Shown here in pieces: positions 46,794-55,290 of a stretch of DNA of 64,000 bases. Every line of letters begins with the position of its first letter. The first letter of the stretch is position 1. The position numbers and the translations under genes were made by a program. Origin of the DNA: a virus; IMG/VR virus record IMGVR_UViG_3300043313_001099, positions 11,462 to 75,461 of that record; one strand, 5' to 3'. The notes beneath the pieces were generated by a model that was not told the origin of the DNA, searched no databases, and was given only the letters and a program-made list of their open reading frames with translations.

Positions 46794-47777
46794 TCAGCCG
46801 TTCTTGATCTTCCGGGCCACCCGGGCGGCCAGGCTGGCGACTACCTCGTCAACCGTGCGGTTCGACTTCGCGGCCAGGGCCTCGGCCAGGATGAGGGCGT
46901 TGGCGCGGTGCTCGGCGTGGTTGGCCGGGTTGCTCCAGGAGTACCCCGGGGCGGCGGCCTCCTCGACGTACAGGATCTCTGCGGCCCGGACGGTGCGGAT
47001 GGTCTCGTACCCGACCTTGAGCACGCCCCCGTCCGGAGCGGCGATCAGCTTGGGGTCCTCGGTGCGGGCCTTGCGCTCGGCGGCCAGCTCGTACGCCCGG
47101 TTGGTGTGCTTCCGCAGGCCGCCGCCGTGGGTGGCCGCTACGGCGCGCGCCCCGCAAACCTCGCAGTCGCCGGTGTAGCTCATGCCGTACGTGCGGTAGT
47201 TGACGCCGGTCCGGTTGCTGCACTTGCTCGGGTCCTCGACCTCAGTGCGGCCGGCGGTCCAGGAGAGCGGGGCGGAGGGGAAGCAGACCGTGCAGAGGAT
47301 CGGGCCGAGGGCGTTGACCGCCTCCTGCTCGGTCAGGCCGGACAGCTCCGGATTCCAACCGAACTCGGTGGCGTTGACGCCCCGGTTGCAGGTCTGGCAG
47401 TTCATGGAGCGGTGGATGTGGCCGTTGTTCTGCTGGACGGTGAAGAACCGCGACCAGCCTCCCCGGCGGAGGTACTCGGCGTGCAGCGGCTCAGCCTTGG
47501 CCAGGATGGCGTCCAGCTCGGCGCGGGCCTTGCCGTAGGCGGCGAGGGCGGCGGCAACCTGGCCGGACGTGGCCTCCAGTGCGCGGGCCTTGTCCAGGGC
47601 TTCGGCGTCGGTGGTCGGCCAGCCCTTCCGCTTGCTCCAGGGGTCCTGCTTCTCACCGAGGGCGCGGTGGATGGTGTTGACCCGGCTGGCCACCCGGCCG
47701 CGTGCGCCGCTCTCCTGGCGGTAGAGGTCTGCGAGCTGGGTGTCGATCTCGGCGGGGGTGGCGGTCCGAATGTTCAT
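46794..47777 (-). CDS. Zn-binding actinophage protein of unknown function (327 aa)
   Basis: GHIHRSMNCQTC...LCTVCFPSAP and CEVC motifs; first gene after P5. Confidence 0.8.
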   Translation of the reverse strand: MNIRTATPAEIDTQLADLYRQESGARGRVASRVNTIHRALGEKQDPWSKRKGWPTTDAEALDKARALEATSGQVAAALAAYGKARAELDAILAKAEPLHAEYLRRGGWSRFFTVQQNNGHIHRSMNCQTCNRGVNATEFGWNPELSGLTEQEAVNALGPILCTVCFPSAPLSWTAGRTEVEDPSKCSNRTGVNYRTYGMSYTGDCEVCGARAVAATHGGGLRKHTNRAYELAAERKARTEDPKLIAAPDGGVLKVGYETIRTVRAAEILYVEEAAAPGYSWSNPANHAEHRANALILAEALAAKSNRTVDEVVASLAARVARKIKNG

Positions 47778-47809
47778 GCTGGGCTCCTGTCGGGGGAGGG
47801 TGTCGCGTC

Positions 47810-47852
47810 GCTTGCATCTACTACGTTAGAGGACGAGGTAACCTCGTGTCAA
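47810..47852 (-). promoter_or_regulatory. Repeated phage promoter P5 (TTGACA-N18-TAACGT-N7-GCAAGC)
   Basis: Consensus match; TTGACACGAGGTTA. Confidence 0.85.
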
Positions 47853-47951
47853 TAGGGAATCTCGACAGGTGCCCCCACCTGCCCATACTCTGCCAAGGCA
47901 CCCCCCCGAGCTCCGGCCGCCCCGACCCGAGGAGGGCGGCCGGAGCCCCGG

Positions 47952-48311
47952 TCACGCCCGGGGGCTGACCACGTGGGAGATGTGAAGCTGCGCCTCCAAG
48001 GCGGAGTACCGACCCAGCGCGCGACCCTCGGCGTACGGCAGGAACCGGTCAACGACGTGCCCCAGGGCGTGCAGGTAGGAGTACGCCCCGAGGATGGTGT
48101 TGCCCCCCAACAGCACCTCGAACCCGTGGTTCTCGATCTCCTCCACCGTCAGGCCGAGCTCCTCGGCACGCATCCGGACCTGGACCATGGCCGGGGTGTA
48201 CTCCGGCCCGTAGGTCAGCTCGGCCGGCGAGCGGTAGCCGGCCAGCAGGGTGCTGGTGTGGGCGTCGGTCAAGGAGGGGGTGGTGTTGGTGGTAGCGGTG
48301 GTGGTGTTCAT
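47952..48311 (-). CDS. Hypothetical protein (119 aa)
   Basis: First leftward gene after P6; AGGAGG RBS. Confidence 0.75.
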   Translation of the reverse strand: MNTTTATTNTTPSLTDAHTSTLLAGYRSPAELTYGPEYTPAMVQVRMRAEELGLTVEEIENHGFEVLLGGNTILGAYSYLHALGHVVDRFLPYAEGRALGRYSALEAQLHISHVVSPRA

Positions 48312-48345
48312 GGCCCCTCCTAGGGGTAAGAGGTAAGGCGGAGTG

Positions 48346-48387
48346 CCTTACCTCCACTAAGTTACGCGCTCGATAACCTCGTGTCAA
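48346..48387 (-). promoter_or_regulatory. Repeated phage promoter P6 (TTGACA-N17-TAACTT-N7-GTAAGG)
   Basis: Consensus match; leftward promoter of the divergence region. Confidence 0.85.
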
Positions 48388-48526
48388 CTTCCCCTTATTC
48401 ACCCAGGTCAAGCGGCTTCATGGCTGGTCTCCCTACGTGGACAGGGGGGCGGGTACGTACACTAGGTTACCCGCCCGTGGCGTCTACGTCTACAGGGTTA
48501 CCGGCCGAACTTCCTTCCGGCGCTTA

Positions 48527-48555
48527 TTGACATTGGGTTTTGCGTGGCGTAACGT
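48527..48555 (+). promoter_or_regulatory. Repeated phage promoter P7 (TTGACA-N17-TAACGT)
   Basis: Rightward promoter of the divergence region. Confidence 0.8.
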
Positions 48556-48589
48556 GGTGTCCAGTCACATCCCCCGAGAAAGGCACACG

Positions 48590-49342
48590 ATGACCACGGA
48601 CGACGCTGACAAGGCCAAAATGCTCGACCGCATTCGGAAACTCCTGGCCAAGGCGGAAGACCCGGCCGCCACCACGGGCGAGGCAGAGACGTACACGGCG
48701 AAGGCCACCGAGCTGATCGCCAAGTACGGCATCGACCAGGCGCTCCTGGCCGCGTCCGGCGTGACGCGGAGCACCATCGGCAACCGGATCGTCACGGTTG
48801 ACTCCCCGTACTCGTACGCCAAGGCGCTCCTGCTGTACCGCCTGGTCGAGGCGCTGGGCGGCGAAGCCATCATGATGACGAACCGGCGCGGCACGGCCAC
48901 GGGCGGAGTCCGCAAGGTCCACATCTTCGGGTACGACTCCGACCTGGAGCGTGCGGAGCTGCTCTACACCTCGCTCCTGGTTCAGCTCTCCTTCGCCATG
49001 CTGGCGGGGATCCCGGAGCCGGGCGAGGGCATCAAGGAGTGGAGGCGCTCGTTCATCATCGGCTTCACTGAGCGCGTTGTGGCGCGGGTAAGGGAGGCCG
49101 AGGAGGCGGCGCACCGGCAGGCGGACCGGGAGCGCACGAGTGGCCCCTCGACGGATCTGGTCCTGGTCGACCGGGCCAAGCTGGTCCGCCGGGAGTTCAT
49201 GCAGGTGTACCCGAGCGTCCGAACGACCTCAATGAGCGCGGGCACCTCGGGCATGGACGCTGGCCGGGCGGCCGGGAACCGGGCCAGTCTGGGCGGTACC
49301 CGGGTGGGCAGCGGAGCGGGGCGGCCGGCGCTGGGTCGGTAG
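48590..49342 (+). CDS. DUF2786-domain protein
   Basis: KMLDRIRKLLAKAE...EAETYTAKATELIAKYGID and ELLYTSLLVQ motifs. Confidence 0.88.
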   Translation: MTTDDADKAKMLDRIRKLLAKAEDPAATTGEAETYTAKATELIAKYGIDQALLAASGVTRSTIGNRIVTVDSPYSYAKALLLYRLVEALGGEAIMMTNRRGTATGGVRKVHIFGYDSDLERAELLYTSLLVQLSFAMLAGIPEPGEGIKEWRRSFIIGFTERVVARVREAEEAAHRQADRERTSGPSTDLVLVDRAKLVRREFMQVYPSVRTTSMSAGTSGMDAGRAAGNRASLGGTRVGSGAGRPALGR

Positions 49343-49354
49343 TCCGCGCGGAGT

Positions 49355-49382
49355 GGTGGCCCTGCCGAGAGGCGGGGCCACC
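49355..49382 (+). terminator. Hairpin terminator preceding P8
   Basis: GGTGGCCCTGCC-GAGA-GGCGGGGCCACC. Confidence 0.72.
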
Positions 49383-49411
49383 TGCCGTTTCGGGGGGTTC
49401 CCAATCAGGAC

Positions 49412-49453
49412 TTGACACGAGGTTAGTCGGGGCGTAACCTTGTGGTTGTAAGG
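49412..49453 (+). promoter_or_regulatory. Repeated phage promoter P8 (TTGACA-N17-TAACCT-N7-GTAAGG)
   Basis: Consensus match. Confidence 0.88.
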
Positions 49454-49479
49454 CACACCGACCAACCACGGAGGCCAGC

Positions 49480-49842
49480 ATGACCGCACCAGCCACCACC
49501 CTCCGACTCCCCCGCCTCTACTGGGACACCGCCCTGATCATCGACGGAGACCACGCCTGGCTCCAGGGTCCGGCCGGCTACCCGATCCCAACCGCGACCG
49601 GCCCCCGCTGCGGAAACTGCGACGGGAAGCGTCACGCCTCCGCTACCGCGATCCGGCACTGCTACGAGAACTCCCGGATGCAGGACGAGGCCGCTGAGGC
49701 GGACTACCGGCACGAGCAGTACTGCGAGCGGGCATGGGAGAGCCGGTTCTCCGTCCAGATGCAGTACGAGTTGGATCTGGAGCAGCAGGTCACGGGCCGA
49801 CACTGGTCCGACACGGGCCACGGCGAGCCGTACCAGTACTGA
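49480..49842 (+). CDS. Zn-binding hypothetical protein
   Basis: CGNC...H...IRHC; GGAGG RBS. Confidence 0.75.
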   Translation: MTAPATTLRLPRLYWDTALIIDGDHAWLQGPAGYPIPTATGPRCGNCDGKRHASATAIRHCYENSRMQDEAAEADYRHEQYCERAWESRFSVQMQYELDLEQQVTGRHWSDTGHGEPYQY

Positions 49843-49938
49843 CCGCCCCCGGTCCGGGCAACCGGGATGGGACGTGAGCCGCGAGGCCGCGTCCCGTCCG
49901 GGGCCGCCCGGCCCTACCCCGACGAGAGAGGTTCCACC

Positions 49939-50214
49939 ATGTCCGACGAGACCACGACCGCCATCAGCCGTGGAGACGCCCGCCAGTACCTGGAGGTCAT
50001 GCGGCAGATGCCCTACGCCGCCAACATCGTCCCCCGGATCAACCTCGACACCCTGACTTTCGGCCAGATCATCGACCACATGGGGGAGCTGGCCGCCCGA
50101 CTTGCCGAGGTCGGCAAGCGGGACGCGCGGCAGTCTATCGAGTTGGCCGAGGCCAAGGCCGTACTCAAGGGTGGCCGCGACCTGTTCGCCTACCTGTCCC
50201 GGCAGGAGGGCTGA
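49939..50214 (+). CDS. Hypothetical protein
   Basis: GAGAGG RBS. Confidence 0.7.
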   Translation: MSDETTTAISRGDARQYLEVMRQMPYAANIVPRINLDTLTFGQIIDHMGELAARLAEVGKRDARQSIELAEAKAVLKGGRDLFAYLSRQEG

Positions 50215-50307
50215 CCGCTGCGCTTCCGGCCGGCATGTACCAGCGACGTGCCGGCGCGGTGGCCAACCGGCCGACACCGACACCGACACCGACACCGAGG
50301 AGTGAGC

Positions 50308-50619
50308 ATGGGACCGTACTGCCGCTACTGTGACCGGCGCTGCTTCGTGGAGCGCATCCTGCACGATGACCAGTGGTCGCTGCTCGCCACCTGCGAGGCC
50401 GGCATGGAGCACGACCGGGAGCGGGTCGGGGAGGATCACGTCACCGCCCGCAACCCGCGCAACCCGGACAGCATGGCCGGCCGCCGCCGCTCCCCCGCCT
50501 GGATCCGGTACTACCGGAACCACCCCGAGGTCTCCGCGACCTGGGGCGAACAGAACGGCCGGGAGCCGACCTGCACCTGCGCGGCCTGCTCCCCCGTCAA
50601 CGCCGGCCCGACCGGGTGA
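50308..50619 (+). CDS. Cys-rich hypothetical protein
   Basis: YCRYCDRRCF and CTCAAC; GAGGAG RBS. Confidence 0.68.
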   Translation: MGPYCRYCDRRCFVERILHDDQWSLLATCEAGMEHDRERVGEDHVTARNPRNPDSMAGRRRSPAWIRYYRNHPEVSATWGEQNGREPTCTCAACSPVNAGPTG

Positions 50620-50690
50620 CCGGAGTGGCGCGCGGCCCCGGTCGCGTACCGCTCCGGCCACCCGGCCGGCACCCGACAGGAGGGACCAGC

Positions 50691-51029
50691 ATGGAGATCA
50701 TCACCGGCAGTACCCCGCTCACGGACGAGGAGGCGGGGGAGCTCCACCACGTCATGTACCGGATGCCAATGGGGGCGGTCGGCGTCGACCTGGCCCGGCT
50801 CCAGCCCACAACCGCGCGTCCGGTCACGGCGGCCGACGTCGTTCACGTCCTCAACCAGTTGCGGAACGAGGCAACCGCCTTCGTCTCCTCCGCGACCACC
50901 TGCCGCGACGAGGTGAAGTGGTGGCGGGACTGGTACCGCCGGCAGGTGGAGGCCGGCATCCAGTTGCCGGAGATGCCCCTGCTCGGCAGCGAGCCGCCGC
51001 CCCCGGCCGACGACGAGGTGGCGCGGTGA
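50691..51029 (+). CDS. Hypothetical protein
   Basis: CCCGACAGGAGG leader. Confidence 0.7.
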   Translation: MEIITGSTPLTDEEAGELHHVMYRMPMGAVGVDLARLQPTTARPVTAADVVHVLNQLRNEATAFVSSATTCRDEVKWWRDWYRRQVEAGIQLPEMPLLGSEPPPPADDEVAR

Positions 51030-51226
51030 AGATCAGCGTGCCACTGGTCATCGAGGTCGACCCCCGCGAGTGGAACTGCGGCGAGTTCGCCGGCCTGACC
51101 GGTCGGGAGCTGGCCGAGGCTGTGCGCGAGGACGTGCGCCGGTACGTGGAGTACTCGGTGCAGGGCCTGAACCTCCTGAGCGAGGCGGACGCCCGGGTCA
51201 ACCGGGTCCGCGTCCGGGGGCGCTGA
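51026..51226 (+). CDS. Hypothetical protein (66 aa)
   Basis: GTGA coupling. Confidence 0.65.
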   Translation: MKISVPLVIEVDPREWNCGEFAGLTGRELAEAVREDVRRYVEYSVQGLNLLSEADARVNRVRVRGR

Positions 51227-51309
51227 GGCTCTCTCCAACCGCTCTGCAACGCCCCGTCAGGCCCCGGCCGGCGGGGCGTCCTGCTGTCTCCCCGGGAGGG
51301 GTTCGCCCG

Positions 51310-51630
51310 ATGGCAAAATTCCGGCGCGGCACCCCCTCTGACCTGGGATGGAATGGCAATTTGCTATCGGGTTGATGGCAACGCTATGGCAGGCATTATG
51401 GCAAACGTGTTTTGCCATTCGGTTAAATACAGGTTCGCGCCCTACCGATCGACACATGCCTAGACAGGTATAAGTGATTGCCGTCACAGGTGTCATGGTT
51501 TCCGCAGGTCAGAGGGCCTATCAGGGCATGGCAATTTGCCATCGTCTTGCCATCCGGTTGATAGCAAAGCGATGGCAAGTCATAGCGATTACCCATACCT
51601 ATTAAGTACAAAGTCAAAGGCATTATTCGT
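51310..51630. repeat. TTGCCAT/ATGGCAA array 4 with AT-rich flank (candidate replication origin or centromere)
   Basis: About 12 heptamer copies or variants (51310, 51353, 51361, 51375, 51386, 51398, 51412, 51528, 51536, 51547, 51561, 51572); AT-rich CCTATTAAGTACAAAGTCAAAGGCATTATT at about 51598-51627; non-coding. Confidence 0.8.
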
Positions 51631-51656
51631 CCGGCCTGTCGGCCAGACACTCCCCT

Positions 51657-51698
51657 TTGACACTGGCGAACCTCTCCGGTAACGTCGTATGCGTAAGC
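51657..51698 (+). promoter_or_regulatory. Repeated phage promoter P9 (TTGACA-N17-TAACGT-N7-GTAAGC)
   Basis: Consensus match. Confidence 0.85.
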
Positions 51699-51718
51699 CA
51701 TACGACTGACTGAGGAGA

Positions 51719-53143
51719 GTGCCTCGTATGACCCTTCACGACGCCGGTAGCGCCCCGACCGCGCCGGCCGCCCCCGCCCCCCGGGGAAGCCTGACCATCC
51801 GTCACAACCACGCTGAGGGCACGCTGCTGGAGGGCTCCTCCCGGGGAGACGGCGTACTGGAGCTGACCCGGCAGCACGGCTTCCGCTGGTTCCGCAGCCT
51901 CGGGCTGCTCGGAATCCCGTTCAGCCGGGACCACGCCGCCCGCCGCCGGAACATCGAGGCCGCCGCCGCCGCCCTCCGCAGCGCCGGATTCGAGGTCGCC
52001 GTCGAGATCGATGACCGGCCGCGCCCCCGCGCCGAGGCCCTGGCCGACCAGTCCGGCCGGTTGGACGACCGACACGAGCGGCTGACGACGGCCGCCGCCA
52101 GGCACTCCGCCGCCTCGGACGCTCACCGCAACCGGGCCGACCAGGCGGGCGAGCGGTTCTACATGGGCCAGCCCATCCTGGAGGGCCACCACTCGGAGCG
52201 GAGCGCCCTCGCCGCCCGGGCAAGGATGCACGCCGCCGACCGCCTGGCCCGCGTCGAGGCCGACGCTGCCGCGTACCGGGCTGAGCAGGCCGGGGTGGTC
52301 GGGCGGAGGGCTGCGCGGGCAGCCACCCCGGAGGCAACCGCCCGCCGGATCCTGGCGACGGAGACCGAGCTCCGCGATTTGAACCGGCGTCTGGCGGCCC
52401 TCAGTGCCCCGCAGGGCGTTGAACTCGCCCCGGCGGGGAGCCTGTACCGGGAGGAGCTTCTGGCGCGCCGTGCGGTGGCCGAGGAGCGCCTCGCCCACGA
52501 CCGGGCAGAGCTGGACCGGGCCGAGGCCGCCGGCCGGTACGTCACCCGAGGTCCGCACAACGTCCACGTCGGTGACGCGGTGTACGCCTGGCACGGCTGG
52601 CGGAAGGTCCTGAAGGTCAACCGGACCACGGTTGGTTGCGACTCCGGCTACTCCTGGCAGGACAAGATCAAGTTTGTCGAGATCCAGCAGGTTCGCTGCC
52701 CGCACGCCCCGGAGCCACTGCCGGAGCGGATCACCCTGGCCGAGGCCAGCGAGGCACTGCTCCGAGTGATCGGCGCGGCCATGGATGGGCTCCAGTGCGA
52801 GTGCCGGCATCTGTACGCCGGGCACGCCAGCTACCGGCGCGACGACATCCAGGACCCGCACGACTTCGCCCTGGGTATGTGCGGCGGAGGCCCGGCGGAG
52901 TGGGCGTGCAACCAGGGGTGCGACGGGTTCGCCCTGGCCGAGACGGTCGAGCTGCCGCCGTGCAGCACGCACGATCACGGGCCACTGGTGCCCCGGGAGA
53001 TCCCGGCGGAGGCGTCCGCCGAGCAGGTGTGGCTAGGCCAGTGGTGGGACTGCCCGGAGTGCGCGAGCTCCCTGCTCGTGCCGTCAACGGGTCTGCGCGC
53101 GCTGCTGGCGGAGCTGTGGGCGGAGGGTTGGCCGGACCGCTGA
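51719..53143 (+). CDS. DUF3560-domain protein with Cys-rich C-terminal extension
   Basis: GQPILEGHHSE motif; TIRHNHAEGTLLEG and GFRWFR. Confidence 0.85.
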   Translation: MPRMTLHDAGSAPTAPAAPAPRGSLTIRHNHAEGTLLEGSSRGDGVLELTRQHGFRWFRSLGLLGIPFSRDHAARRRNIEAAAAALRSAGFEVAVEIDDRPRPRAEALADQSGRLDDRHERLTTAAARHSAASDAHRNRADQAGERFYMGQPILEGHHSERSALAARARMHAADRLARVEADAAAYRAEQAGVVGRRAARAATPEATARRILATETELRDLNRRLAALSAPQGVELAPAGSLYREELLARRAVAEERLAHDRAELDRAEAAGRYVTRGPHNVHVGDAVYAWHGWRKVLKVNRTTVGCDSGYSWQDKIKFVEIQQVRCPHAPEPLPERITLAEASEALLRVIGAAMDGLQCECRHLYAGHASYRRDDIQDPHDFALGMCGGGPAEWACNQGCDGFALAETVELPPCSTHDHGPLVPREIPAEASAEQVWLGQWWDCPECASSLLVPSTGLRALLAELWAEGWPDR

Positions 53144-53149
53144 ACGCGC

Positions 53150-53187
53150 TTCTGGTGGGGTCTCAGCGGGCCGTGGCCCCACCAGAA
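53150..53187 (+). terminator. Hairpin terminator preceding P10
   Basis: TTCTGGTGGGG...CCCCACCAGAA. Confidence 0.75.
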
Positions 53188-53203
53188 AACATCACCACCC
53201 TAT

Positions 53204-53232
53204 TTGACACTAGCAATCTTGAGGCGTAACCT
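53204..53232 (+). promoter_or_regulatory. Repeated phage promoter P10 (TTGACA-N17-TAACCT)
   Basis: Consensus match. Confidence 0.82.
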
Positions 53233-53266
53233 CGTAGGTACAGGTACGGCAGAGAGGAGCTCCATC

Positions 53267-53608
53267 GTGACCCACCCCGCAACCACCCTCCAGGGGGGCC
53301 GCCGCACCCCGTCCGCAAACCAGCGGGACGCCCTCGTGGAGCTGGCAGCCGCAGGCGGCAGCGCCGTCATGCGGGACCTCTCCGGCAAGCACGGCGCAGG
53401 CATCTACGTCGGCCTCGTCGCACCGGGCTGGGCCACCATCGACCGGGGAACTCCCAACAACATCGGCGGATTCCCGCCCGATTTCATCTACACCCTGACC
53501 AGCTCCGGCTGGTCGGCCGCGAGGATCTGCTCCGCCTGCAAGCAAGGCGCGGAAGTCGGCCCCCGCACCGGTAAGTGCGCACCCTGCGCGAAGCGTAAGA
53601 CGCCCTGA
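53267..53608 (+). CDS. Winged-helix-like protein with C-terminal Zn finger
   Basis: GAGGAG RBS; YTLTSSG; CSAC...CAPC. Confidence 0.68.
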   Translation: MTHPATTLQGGRRTPSANQRDALVELAAAGGSAVMRDLSGKHGAGIYVGLVAPGWATIDRGTPNNIGGFPPDFIYTLTSSGWSAARICSACKQGAEVGPRTGKCAPCAKRKTP

Positions 53609-53733
53609 CGCCATCCGTGCTGGCCGGCGAAAACCGGCCAGACGCGGTAACCGCCAGGACGGATTCTGGAGGTAATCCCCAACGTCCACTACTCTCAGAG
53701 CAACGCACCTGTTGACACGAGGAGACGTGGACC

Positions 53734-54240
53734 ATGACTGAGAGGACATTCCCGATGTTGACCACCACCGACGTCGGTCGAATCCTCGGGGAGGAGCGCG
53801 CCAAGAGGGACGGCACTCCCCCCGAGGAAGCGGGCTCACTGCGGCCCAAGACCATCTCGCAGTACCTGGTGGACTCCAAGCCAGGCAACCGCTACGCCGA
53901 CCACCCGTTCCCGGAGCCGGCCTACCGGCACGGACTGCGCCCGTTCTGGACCCCCGATCAGGAGGCGGCCATCCGCGAGTGGGCGCGCTCCCGCCCCGGC
54001 CCCGGCCACGGCGGAGGTCGTCCGTGGGATCAGCGGAGTGCAGCCGAAAAGGTGATCTCGGCGACCGGTCGCTTCATGGAACGGTCGATCCGAGAGCGCT
54101 ACCGCGCGCTCCTGGAGGAGAACGGCGTGGACGAGACGAAGGAGCCGCGCAAGGCGGCAAAGCTGGCGAAGCAGGCCGAAACCGAGGTGCGCGAGTCCAT
54201 GCGGACCGCGCTGGAGACCACAAAGCAGCAGGTCGCGTAA
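53734..54240 (+). CDS. AlpA/excisionase-like HTH DNA-binding protein (candidate regulator)
   Basis: MLTTTDVGRILG...PKTISQY...FPEP...PFW...IREWARSRPG; TTGACACGAGG overlaps its RBS at 53712-53722. Confidence 0.75.
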   Translation: MTERTFPMLTTTDVGRILGEERAKRDGTPPEEAGSLRPKTISQYLVDSKPGNRYADHPFPEPAYRHGLRPFWTPDQEAAIREWARSRPGPGHGGGRPWDQRSAAEKVISATGRFMERSIRERYRALLEENGVDETKEPRKAAKLAKQAETEVRESMRTALETTKQQVA

Positions 54241-54406
54241 CGCGAATGGCGTGGTAATTTCCACGTCACCCCTGTACGGGGCGCACCACTGGCAACACCA
54301 TCGCAGGACCGCTCACCTGATCAAAAAGAGCGGCGTCCGGCACGGGATCGCACCCCCAGCCGGACGCCATGTGAGATCCCATCCCCCGACAGGAGGTAAG
54401 CCCACA

Positions 54407-54811
54407 GTGAGCACGGTAATGGACGCTGCCCACATCAGCCAAGCGGGAGGGCTCCCGCGAGTCATTAAGGTAACTGTCGGTAGTCAGGTCCGCCTCCTGG
54501 GCGACGCGGAGCCGAAAATCTGGCGGCACAACCGCCTCAGCCCCGTCCCGTACCCCGAGCGCTACACCGGACTCCTCGGCATTGTCACGGACAGTACGCA
54601 TGGTGTCTGTTTGGTGAGAGTTGGCGTCGAGGAGATCCTGGTCCGCACCGCCGGCCTCCTCCCCGCACCGGACGCCACCGCCTGCCAGCACTGCCGCTGC
54701 ACCGACGCCCGTCCCGGTCAGGAGTACTGCTCCCTGGCCTGCGAGACCGACCACGATCACGTTTCGGACTCGGTTCTCCGAGCCAGGTACGCCGAGCGGG
54801 TGCCGGCATGA
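54407..54811 (+). CDS. SH3-like plus Zn-finger hypothetical protein
   Basis: CCCCGACAGGAGG leader; VGSQVRL; CQHC...YCSLAC. Confidence 0.65.
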   Translation: MSTVMDAAHISQAGGLPRVIKVTVGSQVRLLGDAEPKIWRHNRLSPVPYPERYTGLLGIVTDSTHGVCLVRVGVEEILVRTAGLLPAPDATACQHCRCTDARPGQEYCSLACETDHDHVSDSVLRARYAERVPA

Positions 54812-55227
54812 CCGTCACGGAAGCTGCCACGACCGGCGTCCTCAGCGTCGGAGGAGTGCTCGCCCTGCTCACCCTGACCGGCGGCCGACTCCGCCGCGCG
54901 CTTGAGCGCCGGCTCGCCGCCGGCACCGGCGGCCAGCACGTCTACGCCAACACCCGGCCCGCCCTCGTTCTCCCGGACGCACCCGGGCTGACCGAGGCCG
55001 CGCCGGCTGAGGCCGAGGCCACCCCCGAACCGGCAGCCGTCGCACCGGCTCCCCCGGTCAACCCGATCACCAACCGGCCGTACCCGTCCTGGTTGGTGAC
55101 CTCCACGGGATTCTTCGCCCTGGTCAACGAGGGCGGAGCCGACGCGGTAAAGGCTGCGGCTGCCGACGTGCAGGCCGAGGCCCACCGCTGGCCCGGGGCG
55201 CTGTCGCACCAGCGCAACGCGGCCTGA
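54808..55227 (+). CDS. Membrane-anchored hypothetical protein
   Basis: N-terminal hydrophobic helix; ATGA coupling. Confidence 0.65.
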   Translation: MTVTEAATTGVLSVGGVLALLTLTGGRLRRALERRLAAGTGGQHVYANTRPALVLPDAPGLTEAAPAEAEATPEPAAVAPAPPVNPITNRPYPSWLVTSTGFFALVNEGGADAVKAAAADVQAEAHRWPGALSHQRNAA

Positions 55228-55290
55228 CCTACCTCGCAGTACCCGCATCACAAGCCCCATCCCCCGACTGTTTCTGAGGAGTACCCCGCC

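Noticed and set aside
50271-50298. (CCGACA)4 microsatellite as a phase-variation switch
   Set aside because: Short 6-bp unit upstream of the RBS; length change would not shift a frame and no promoter spacing is involved
33241-51630. TTGCCAT arrays or promoter repeats as CRISPR arrays
   Set aside because: 7-bp units with 4-bp gaps, or dispersed single copies; no 25-40 bp repeat-spacer structure and no cas genes
53600-53680. Hammerhead ribozyme (CTGACG...CGAAA)
   Set aside because: GAAA lies in a hairpin loop and the CUGANGA core and stem topology do not fit
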